A DNA stretch of 64,000 bases from a virus, in the IMG/VR virus record IMGVR_UViG_3300014613_000020, positions 1 to 64,000 of that record; one strand, 5' to 3'. The notes below the pieces were generated by a model that was not told the origin of the DNA, searched no databases, and saw nothing but the letters and a program-made list of their open reading frames with translations. This document shows, piece after piece, positions 20,138 through 28,119 of this stretch (the first letter of the stretch is position 1; the number at the start of each line of letters is the position of its first letter). The translations under genes were made by a program, and so were the position numbers.

Positions 20138-21234
20138 CACCATCTATTGGAATATCAATTTATACTGGTTCTGACCTATCATCGTCCGTGTTGAACAGCA
20201 ATGTGACAATGCTAAGGCGTGATAGTTCTGCATCTGAGTCTGGGTCACGGAATACCTATCCAATACCTGAAGTTAGCAAATCAGTCACTCGATGGATTAA
20301 ACCATTCTTAGCTGCGTCCCCAGACAGCAGTCCTATCTTTGGACTACAAATGTGGGGGCCTGGTACAACGGATACGTCCACTTGTTTATATTGCGGGACA
20401 ACCAGTTCAACATCCCCACCCTCATTCAATACTAGTGGCTCTGCCACAACAAATTTTACTGATTACTGTGCAAGTGCAAAGTGGGCGTTTGACTCAGGTA
20501 GTTATTCTGCTTCTGGCCCAACGGACAGATATGTAATATTCCAATTAGTCACTGCATCACCACTTACGACAGGTAGTAGAACACAAGAATTGGTTAATTA
20601 TCAATGGTCACAGACGTTCTATGGTGAAGCTGAAGATGGGTTCATCTACGGGTTGGGGGCGGCGTATGCCACTGCTAGAAACACGGCATCGGCGGCTAAG
20701 ACTACAGAGGGTTCCGCGGCCATTGGGCAGGTATTGGTTGGTGGTGTATATGGTGTCTACAGAAGTTATTTATCTTTTGACACATCTGAGATACCGTCAG
20801 GCGCTTCCATCGTTAGTGCATCTTTGTTTGTAGCAGCATCACTGAATGCTGCGGCCTGCTCGTTTACTGTTGAGGCATATCGATTCAATTGGGACGAAAG
20901 TCTAGGTGGGTCTGATATAGAAACAAACTATGATGGTGCATATGGGGCCACAGCGTCACTAGAAGGCACTCTACGAGACACAAATGATGGATGGGTATCA
21001 GGCACTTACTATTCAATACCTATAACGGCAAGTGGCATAAATTCAGGATGTGACACCAAATTTGCTCTTGTATCATCTTGTGATGTAGCAGGGACGGAAG
21101 CGAGCACACTTGAATATGTTCTAATCCACGATTCTGACTCTACTGCAAGCTTGATACCGTATTTGCTAGTCAATACAGGCTGTTCATTTACGATTGATGC
21201 TACACTCAGCAAGCGGCGGAGGAGGTGGTTTTAA
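20134..21234 (+). CDS. virion protein with DNRLRE-like carbohydrate-binding module
   Basis: YRSYLSFDTSEIPSGASIVSASL...PYL motif. Confidence 0.55.
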   Translation: MTPSIGISIYTGSDLSSSVLNSNVTMLRRDSSASESGSRNTYPIPEVSKSVTRWIKPFLAASPDSSPIFGLQMWGPGTTDTSTCLYCGTTSSTSPPSFNTSGSATTNFTDYCASAKWAFDSGSYSASGPTDRYVIFQLVTASPLTTGSRTQELVNYQWSQTFYGEAEDGFIYGLGAAYATARNTASAAKTTEGSAAIGQVLVGGVYGVYRSYLSFDTSEIPSGASIVSASLFVAASLNAAACSFTVEAYRFNWDESLGGSDIETNYDGAYGATASLEGTLRDTNDGWVSGTYYSIPITASGINSGCDTKFALVSSCDVAGTEASTLEYVLIHDSDSTASLIPYLLVNTGCSFTIDATLSKRRRRWF

Positions 21235-23339
21235 TGCCGGAAGCATATTATTCACAAGTAACATATACATTTGAAGACTTAATTGCTATATTCGGAACTA
21301 ATCCACCGCCGGCATCGTTTAATGTGGCAATGGCGTTTGAGGATATATCTGGCCAAACGGGTGCGGCGTTGTTGGAAGTTGTCACCAATCCCGTGCCTGC
21401 GGCACCTGCAACTCTTGCTGCAACTGCGGGGACTGCCGGGCAGGGGACAATCACACTGACATGGGACCGTCCAACGGAGACAGACCTTAAATCCATCCGC
21501 ATATATCGCCACACTGTTGACGATTCCGGTGCATCTTCAGAGATTGCCCAAGTCGCCTGGAATGCAGACACTTACGTTGACGAAGCCGGTGGCATGAAGA
21601 CGTATTACTATTGGGTAAAGGCAGAAGATGTCTTTGATCAATTAAGTGCATATTCCACCGTTGATTCAGCAACGACGGGATTTACCCTTCGCGGGTGGTC
21701 GCATAACATAGCATTCACCGCGACAGACCATGATACAGTTGCGTGGGCTGTTGGAAGTATCTATTTGGCTGATCAGGCAGCAGCAGCATTTACAATTGAT
21801 CCGGGTGCCAATACCGGAAACATAACAGAGGTAACCTATATCTATCTCGATTCGGACACGTCTACCACCGCTCTACAGACATCCACGGACAGTGCTGATG
21901 CGGTAGGGCTAAACAAGATTCTCATCTGTGTAGCGGAAGACGTTGCGTCGGGAAAGAAAGCTCGTTTCCAAGTGTTTGGCGGTGATAGTCAAGGCGTACC
22001 ACTTATCGTAGCTGATAACATAGCTGCCAATACCATCACGGCCAATGAGATAGCGGCTAACACAATAACAGCTGCCGAGATAGCAGCAGGTACGATAACA
22101 GCTACTGAGATTACAGGCAATACTCTTTCAGCTATTTATGCTGATATGGGAATGCTGACTGCTGGAAGTATAACAGGGGCGGCGGCAAGTTTTGGAGATA
22201 ATCAGGAAGTTAAAACAAATGCCAGTGGAATACAAATTGAACTATCCACTGGATATGTTGATAATAGATCCTATCAATTTCTAGATTCTAGTGATGTACT
22301 TATTGGGCAAGTTAGAGGAAGTAAAGCGGCTCCTGGAGTAGGAGCTGATCAAGGTGTACAACTTTGGTGTTCCTCGGCTACAGGCTACGATTGTTATGCT
22401 TCAGTACGAGCTGATAGTAGCCAAGTCGTTGGTGATTTTGCTAGAGCCGGCTTAGTTGCTGTATTTGGAGCTGAATCTTCACAAGTATATGCTCATATTG
22501 CTTCTACTGACGCTGGTGATCAATATGCAGTTGCTACAGATCATTTTAGGATTGGAAAGGGTCTTAGAGTTGGTTCTATAGCAGGCAATACCCAAGATAA
22601 TAATATAAGATCTGAAGAAACTATAACTATTGGTGCATCATCTTCAGGTGGTATAACTATTGGATTAACGATTGATCTAGCCACAAATACTGATAATATT
22701 CTGGAATTTAAGTCTAAGGGTAGTGTGGCGCATGGCATGACAACCCTAGCAGAGACAGACACATTCGGCTATGTGTCAAAGGCAGCAGCAGCAGATGGGG
22801 GTATGAGTATTGTCGGAGCAAGGGACACAGGCACTCAGGCACTGCTGCTATCTGGTGCCGCACCAACCGATGACACAACTCATTCAACAGCAGGAACTGG
22901 ATATATTGAACTGCGGGGCTACAAAAAGAATGGGACCGGAACTCAGGATGCCGCCGTGGATGCCAATCTGGTAGTCGTTCGGAATAGGACAACCACCCAT
23001 GCCATATTCGACGCCGATGGCGACTTGCATCTTAATGCTGGGATATCAGCGAGCAGTTATGACGCCTATGACGATGCTATTATGGTAAGAACTCTCAGAG
23101 CAAGCCTTATGCCCGAAGGAAATCCTATCAGAGAAGAATTTTCAAACCTGATAGAAGAGTTCAAACCGATATTTGACAAATCAGGACTTGTAACGTATAA
23201 TAGTGATGGACAGCATTTTATTGCTATGAAGAAATGGACTATGCTGCTTGCTGACACGACATGGCAATTAGCACAGAAACTCAAAGACTCGGAGAGGAGG
23301 ATTGGAGCACTAGAACAAAGACTGCTAACACAACCATAG
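21234..23339 (+). CDS. tail fibre/tip protein (FN3, IAANTIT repeats, C-terminal coiled coil)
   Basis: YYYWVKAED FN3 motif; AN[TE]IT repeats; start 21225 or 21234. Confidence 0.7.
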   Translation: MPEAYYSQVTYTFEDLIAIFGTNPPPASFNVAMAFEDISGQTGAALLEVVTNPVPAAPATLAATAGTAGQGTITLTWDRPTETDLKSIRIYRHTVDDSGASSEIAQVAWNADTYVDEAGGMKTYYYWVKAEDVFDQLSAYSTVDSATTGFTLRGWSHNIAFTATDHDTVAWAVGSIYLADQAAAAFTIDPGANTGNITEVTYIYLDSDTSTTALQTSTDSADAVGLNKILICVAEDVASGKKARFQVFGGDSQGVPLIVADNIAANTITANEIAANTITAAEIAAGTITATEITGNTLSAIYADMGMLTAGSITGAAASFGDNQEVKTNASGIQIELSTGYVDNRSYQFLDSSDVLIGQVRGSKAAPGVGADQGVQLWCSSATGYDCYASVRADSSQVVGDFARAGLVAVFGAESSQVYAHIASTDAGDQYAVATDHFRIGKGLRVGSIAGNTQDNNIRSEETITIGASSSGGITIGLTIDLATNTDNILEFKSKGSVAHGMTTLAETDTFGYVSKAAAADGGMSIVGARDTGTQALLLSGAAPTDDTTHSTAGTGYIELRGYKKNGTGTQDAAVDANLVVVRNRTTTHAIFDADGDLHLNAGISASSYDAYDDAIMVRTLRASLMPEGNPIREEFSNLIEEFKPIFDKSGLVTYNSDGQHFIAMKKWTMLLADTTWQLAQKLKDSERRIGALEQRLLTQP

Positions 23340-23354
23340 GATAGGAGAGACTGT

Positions 23355-24440
23355 ATGATACCTTGGGAAGTCGACCCTGAACAGTTAGAGATGCTGGCAA
23401 AACTGGCGGACAGAGATGATTTATCGTGGACAGACGTAGCAGAGCAAATCAGCGAAGTCGGAACGGAACGGACGGCGGAGAGTTGCAGGAACAAGTGGAA
23501 GCGAATCAGGCTAGAACCTGACACTAAAGTATTAGTGGACGAAACGCCACCCGCCATAGCAGAATCGTTGCAGAACCCGGAAGTTGATTGGGACGAGTGG
23601 ATGTCACTTTTGCACAAAATGCAGGGTATGGTGCAAAAGGTTGAACCGATCTATACAGATGCCCACTCCAAGATAGATACAGACAGGCCGATTATCATTC
23701 AGTTCGTAGCGGACATGCACATAGGAAGTCGATGGGTCTGCTACCCAGAGTTTAACGAAGCGTTTAAGAGAGCACTTGATACACCCAGGCTATATTGGGG
23801 AATGCATGGAGACGAAGTGGAAGGATTTTCAACCTCATTCAGAGCAGCATTCCCCGTGCTGGATCAGCTCACAAAACCGCTAGTCCAACGTTCGTTAGCC
23901 AACAGAATGATAGCTATGTTAGCAGAAAAAGGTAAACTTCTCTATGGCTGTGCCAGCACCAGAGCCCACAATACGGGCATGGCCATAGGTGAAGACCTTT
24001 TGCAGAACGAGTACCAACGAAGGAACATCCCCTATTTTGTCGGCAAGGGCATTTGGACGTTGGACGTTGGCAGCGAACGATACGTGTTTATGGTTGGGCA
24101 TGAGTTGCCAGGGACCAGCATGTACAATCCAAACCACTCACAGATACGTGCTCTGTTGTGGGACTGCCCCGAAGCCGACTTTATCATAAGCGCACATAAG
24201 CATACCTATGCCTACCAGGAAATATCACATCATGAGCTAGCATACAGGGCGGGTGTGCATCCAATAAATAAGACACATCTAGTAGCAGTAGGAACGGCCA
24301 AAGATGGGCCGGACCCATATTCTATCAGTCGCTGGTCCCAAGGAAATTTTGTGTGGCCTCAGTTCTGCCTGTACCCTGACAGACATGAGATAAAACGAGT
24401 ATACGGATGGGACGATGTGTCCCACTATTTAGGAGAGTAA
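23355..24440 (+). CDS. calcineurin-like metallophosphoesterase with N-terminal Myb/HTH-like domain
   Basis: ADMHIG, HGD, AHKH motifs. Confidence 0.7.
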   Translation: MIPWEVDPEQLEMLAKLADRDDLSWTDVAEQISEVGTERTAESCRNKWKRIRLEPDTKVLVDETPPAIAESLQNPEVDWDEWMSLLHKMQGMVQKVEPIYTDAHSKIDTDRPIIIQFVADMHIGSRWVCYPEFNEAFKRALDTPRLYWGMHGDEVEGFSTSFRAAFPVLDQLTKPLVQRSLANRMIAMLAEKGKLLYGCASTRAHNTGMAIGEDLLQNEYQRRNIPYFVGKGIWTLDVGSERYVFMVGHELPGTSMYNPNHSQIRALLWDCPEADFIISAHKHTYAYQEISHHELAYRAGVHPINKTHLVAVGTAKDGPDPYSISRWSQGNFVWPQFCLYPDRHEIKRVYGWDDVSHYLGE

Positions 24441-24441
24441 A

Positions 24442-24783
24442 ATGGGAATAGAAGCTCAGATATTATCAATCATTACACACCCGCGGGTGCGTACCATAGC
24501 GGCATTGATACTGCTAGATGTGTTGTTGGGCGTTGCGGAGTCGCTGAAGAGTGGCAAGTTTGACTTTGGTGAGGTTGGCAGGTTCTACAGAAGCATGGTG
24601 CTGCCCTATCTCGTCGGGTACGTGGCACTCACGTTTCTCATTCCGATGCTAACGGGCGACCTGTTGGGTGAATTCCAAAGCACACTAAACGAAGGACTTG
24701 TGGTGATAGCGTGGTTGGCACTTATAGCGCCACTTGGCAAGAGTGTGTTGTCACACCTAAACGGACTGCTGTCAAACTCATAG
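24442..24783 (+). CDS. holin (3 TM, putative)
   Basis: ILLDVLLGVA..KSGKFD pattern, hydrophobic helices. Confidence 0.65.
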   Translation: MGIEAQILSIITHPRVRTIAALILLDVLLGVAESLKSGKFDFGEVGRFYRSMVLPYLVGYVALTFLIPMLTGDLLGEFQSTLNEGLVVIAWLALIAPLGKSVLSHLNGLLSNS

Positions 24784-24788
24784 CCTTC

Positions 24789-24843
24789 TTTACGCAGAAT
24801 TTACGCAAAAGCATTTGACTTTTGTGCCAAGACAGTGTATAAT
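24789..24843 (+). promoter_or_regulatory. sigma70 promoter with upstream TTTACG tandem box
   Basis: TTGACT(24815)-17-TATAAT(24838). Confidence 0.75.
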
Positions 24844-24923
24844 TGTTGGCACGTACGTATAGTAGGGAAACAGACAGGTGGGAATTTATACTATGGAGCC
24901 ATAACGGGGTGGGGGCCTGTCAC

Positions 24924-25004
24924 GGGGATGAAATGGGGTCGATTCAGTTGAGAGCCCAAAGCGGCTGGCTGAAGACGGTGGTTCAATTCCACCCATCTCC
25001 ACCA
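24924..25004 (+). ncRNA. minimal tmRNA-like RNA (tRNA-like domain only)
   Basis: GGGGATG/CATCTCC acceptor with G3.U, ACCA end, stemless D-loop ending TCGA, GAC before T-arm GGTGG-TTCAATT-CCACC. Confidence 0.75.
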
Positions 25005-25111
25005 TAAAAGGAGAATGTGTGATGCCAATGGATTCGATAATAATAGGTTTTCTGTTTGTGTGTTTTATGGCCTGCGTAGTGGTGGCATTCAGGCCGAAAC
25101 TATAGAAAGGA

Positions 25112-25336
25112 ATGGAACTAATGCCGTGGACTTTGTACATATGGGAAGATGTATTGTCTGATTATACTCCTGGCATGATTGTAGCTGTTGCCAGAAGCGT
25201 AGAAGAGGCCAGAGAGATTGCTGCAAAGAAAAGCACATATATTACCTGTGATATGGGATTGGGCTGTGAATCGCATCTAATTGGAGATTGGGAACCTGGC
25301 GTTCCCCAAATCTGGTACGTTTGGGGCGGAGGATAA
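25112..25336 (+). CDS. hypothetical protein
   Basis: ORF with AAGGA RBS. Confidence 0.5.
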   Translation: MELMPWTLYIWEDVLSDYTPGMIVAVARSVEEAREIAAKKSTYITCDMGLGCESHLIGDWEPGVPQIWYVWGGG

Positions 25337-25500
25337 GTGTGAAGTTGGCAATCAGGGGACTAGTAATAGGGTGCGAGGCCCGCAGATCGCCTTTGGCGGT
25401 TGTACCGCCAAGTTTCTATTCAGCGGGGAGGGTAGGTCTGATCCTCCTGCCCTCTCCGAATATACAGAAAGGACCAAAGGGATGATGGACATGGGATGAG

Positions 25501-25989
25501 ATGAACCAATTAGAAGATATACACTGGGTAGAAACATATGCAGACCTAGGTGCAGAGGCAATCGCCAAAATTCTTGGATGTCCTGTAAAAGATGCCAATG
25601 TAGCTATTCATAATACTATCATGTCTGTACGTGCTAAAACAGACATTGAGATGGAAATAATCAGAGATATTTTTCCAGAATGGAATGGTACATTATTAGC
25701 TATGTCTCTTGGCAGACACCGCAGGTCAATAGCTAAATGGGCCAAAGACATGAAGTTAGTCAAACAGAGTAGAACATCAAAAGGCTTTTGGGATATGTGG
25801 AGAACCTACGTCCAGGCCAACATTATCAATCTCTTACCACTTGCTTCACATATCGTTATTCGTCCAGGCGAGAAGAATCTAGAGTGTACACTGTGTACAC
25901 ATACAAGATGTGATTTTAGGCAAGTATTACCTTGTGAGAATTTGACACTATGGGATTTACAAACCAACAGTGAAAGGAACGAACAATGA
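25501..25989 (+). CDS. putative HTH/zinc-binding protein
   Basis: IAKILGC helix-turn-helix-like segment; CxxC near C-terminus. Confidence 0.45.
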   Translation: MNQLEDIHWVETYADLGAEAIAKILGCPVKDANVAIHNTIMSVRAKTDIEMEIIRDIFPEWNGTLLAMSLGRHRRSIAKWAKDMKLVKQSRTSKGFWDMWRTYVQANIINLLPLASHIVIRPGEKNLECTLCTHTRCDFRQVLPCENLTLWDLQTNSERNEQ

Positions 25990-26153
25990 ATGCTTTTGTA
26001 GCTGTTGTAAGTGTGGTATTTATTCTCCTTCAGGGCTTAGCATGGTTCATGGGTGATAGCAGACTAGTGATGAACATCTCATACGCCTGCGGTCCATGGA
26101 TCCTATTTACATTGACTCTGATAGTAGACGAGATGAAGAAGAAAAAGTAGCAC

Positions 26154-26182
26154 TTGACAAGAAGCGAGTTTTGTGGTATACT
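26154..26182 (+). promoter_or_regulatory. sigma70 promoter
   Basis: TTGACA-17-TATACT. Confidence 0.75.
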
Positions 26183-26215
26183 GTAGACAGTAGATGCGTG
26201 CTCTATAAATGGTGA

Positions 26216-26341
26216 TTCTCACGCCAATAGAACCCAACGCAAATACAAGCCCCTATTGGGTGTGAGCTCTTGGACGCTTTGCTGCGCGTTGGCAGCGATG
26301 AGAAAAAGGGTCACAAGGACTCACACCCAATGGGGTCTTTT
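26216..26341 (+). promoter_or_regulatory. structured leader RNA (long stem plus pseudoknot/alternative pairing), copy 1
   Basis: stem 26251-66/26320-35 followed by T-run; loop complementary to 26216-21 and 26234-40. Confidence 0.6.
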
Positions 26342-26390
26342 AGTCTGTAACTTTTGCACAAAAGGAGGGAATGAGAATGAAATAAGACCA

Positions 26391-26448
26391 TGTGTAGTGC
26401 TGTCAAGTGTTGTACTGTGGGGTCATGTGCGATAAATTAAGGTAAAAC
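26391..26448 (+). repeat. pentamer-phased unit 1 (DGY-NN x8-9 plus tail)
   Basis: tgtgt agtgc tgtca agtgt tgtac tgtgg ggtca tgtgc gataa attaaggtaa. Confidence 0.8.
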
Positions 26449-26472
26449 TCAATCAATGAAAGGAATGAAGAA

Positions 26473-27072
26473 ATGCCAGAAATTGCGGATGTCATAGTCA
26501 GTGGATTGATTTTCAAGAGTGTTACAATCCCAATAGTTAGCATAAGTGGATCGTCAATGATACAGAACAAAATGAGTGATAAAACAAAGGAGAGGATGCG
26601 TGGGAAGCAAACCGGGCAACCAAATTCCGGTCGACAACCAAAGGATATAGAGGCGCTCTATCTTGGTTCTTTGCACCCAAAGAATCCTGTGACAGGGAAT
26701 TATACCTTTCCTGGGTGGGGGTTCCAAAAGGCCATTACTGAGGCACCTAGATTCGACGACAACTTAAAAATGAATGCCATGCGGCAGTCAATCACTGTCG
26801 ATAGTGAGTACATTGACATTATTGGTGAACCACAAATGAGAGAAGACCTAGTGAAAATTGGAAGGGGGTCAGCCGATCTAGCCTATCGTGGTGAGTTTCT
26901 TAAGTGGTCTGCCGTTCTCCCCATCACCTACAATTCAGCAGCCATTAGTTTGGAACAGCTCGTTGGCCTTGTAAACATTGCTGGATGGTGTATTGGAGTA
27001 GGATCGTGGCGGCCTGGCAGTTCAGCGGGTGGCATGCATGGAAAATTTAGAATTGCAAGAGAGGGTGAGTAG
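26473..27072 (+). CDS. RAMP/Cas7-like protein (putative RNA-guided effector subunit)
   Basis: C-terminal Gly-rich loop GWCIGVGSWRPGSSAGGMHGKF; FPGWGFQKAI resembles the RAMP IPxxxxKG motif. Confidence 0.6.
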   Translation: MPEIADVIVSGLIFKSVTIPIVSISGSSMIQNKMSDKTKERMRGKQTGQPNSGRQPKDIEALYLGSLHPKNPVTGNYTFPGWGFQKAITEAPRFDDNLKMNAMRQSITVDSEYIDIIGEPQMREDLVKIGRGSADLAYRGEFLKWSAVLPITYNSAAISLEQLVGLVNIAGWCIGVGSWRPGSSAGGMHGKFRIAREGE

Positions 27073-27555
27073 ATGTCGCCAATCTATCGAATAAAACCAG
27101 GATGGTGCCCTGCCGACCCCAACAAAGCACAGGCTTATGGGGAACGAATAGAATATTTGGATACACTGAGTGAAGTCGGCTCTGCTTCAGTACGTGATGT
27201 CGTAAACGACGCTAAAGACCCGCAATCAATTCTACACGATGTCTTTGAATGGGATGATAGTGTGGCGGGTGAGAAGTACCGCCTGCAGCAAGCGCGACTT
27301 CTTTTGAACCATTTGGTAGTAGTAGTTAAGGACCAGGAAGTTGAGGAGGTTCGTGCCAGGTTTAGCGTTACCACTCCAAGTGGTGATAACGTCTATGCGG
27401 CCTTTCAGACTGTTCAGGACACGCCGGATTATCAACAACAGATTATCGACCAGGCCCTGAAGCAACTGAGAATCTGGCAAAAGAAGTACAGCATGTATCA
27501 GGTTCTGTCCGGTATCACATTGGCTATCGAAGAGGCACTATCTTCTTTGCCGTAG
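27073..27555 (+). CDS. phage protein coupled to RAMP-like gene
   Basis: starts immediately after previous stop; LHDVFEWDD..A.EKYRLQQAR motif. Confidence 0.65.
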   Translation: MSPIYRIKPGWCPADPNKAQAYGERIEYLDTLSEVGSASVRDVVNDAKDPQSILHDVFEWDDSVAGEKYRLQQARLLLNHLVVVVKDQEVEEVRARFSVTTPSGDNVYAAFQTVQDTPDYQQQIIDQALKQLRIWQKKYSMYQVLSGITLAIEEALSSLP

Positions 27556-27574
27556 CCGATTAAAATACAACTTA

Positions 27575-27871
27575 TGTCATGTGTGGTACTGTGCTGTAGT
27601 GCGGTGTTCGGTGATGTGTTGTTTGGTAAACTAAGGCAAGGGAACGACTCTTCTAGCAGACATCAAACTCTGTTAGAAGACTTCTTTCGGCAATGTGATG
27701 TTCGGTGTGGTGCTGTATTGTCTAGTGAGGTACAGTAAACTAAGGTAAGGGTTCGTTATCCCTAACAGACATCATACTCTGCTAGGGATACTTGTAGTAA
27801 TGATGTGGTGTCTGGTTTGGTTTAGTAATGCCTTGTTATGTCATGTGCTGTGCAGTAAACTAAGGTAAGGG
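27575..27871 (+). repeat. pentamer-phased array, units 2-4 with hairpin spacers
   Basis: 11, 10 and 11 DGY-NN pentamers, each ending ACTAAGGYAAGGG; 12-13 bp hairpins with loop CATCAWAC between units. Confidence 0.9.
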
Positions 27872-27876
27872 TAACA

Positions 27877-27936
27877 GAACTCTGCCACTCAATCAGGGAG
27901 TGTGAGACAAGCAGGTTCGAGTCCTGCCAGGGTTCA
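27877..27936 (+). ncRNA. tRNA-like element lacking anticodon arm
   Basis: GAACTCTG/CAGGGTTC 8-bp stem, CACTC/GAGTG hairpin, T-arm GCAGG-TTCGAGT-CCTGC. Confidence 0.65.
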
Positions 27937-27937
27937 T

Positions 27938-27966
27938 TTGACAAAAACATAGATTTGTGGTATAAT
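27938..27966 (+). promoter_or_regulatory. sigma70 promoter
   Basis: TTGACA-17-TATAAT. Confidence 0.8.
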
Positions 27967-27988
27967 TAAGGATATGAACAAATGGCAA

Positions 27989-28112
27989 CTTCTCGTGCCA
28001 AATTCAACCATAACAGCAAAGGCCCTATTAGGTATGGGTTTCTTGTTCCTTGTCGAGTTATGGCGACGCCGAGAAGAGGAGCATTAGAAATCCATACCTA
28101 ATGGGGTCTTTT
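27989..28112 (+). promoter_or_regulatory. structured leader RNA, copy 2
   Basis: same architecture as copy 1 with compensatory changes. Confidence 0.6.
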
Positions 28113-28119
28113 AGGCTAA

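Noticed and set aside
24924-25004. Ordinary tRNA-Ala or permuted two-piece tmRNA
   Set aside because: No D-stem or 7-nt Ala anticodon loop, and the 5' and 3' acceptor strands are in normal order.
27575-27871. Canonical CRISPR array
   Set aside because: Shared blocks are only about 15 nt, the intervening parts are themselves periodic, and no cas1/2/3/9 genes are present.
27575-27871. Simple microsatellite or coding low-complexity repeat
   Set aside because: Adjacent pentamers rarely repeat, variation is concentrated in two positions, and no ORF spans the region.
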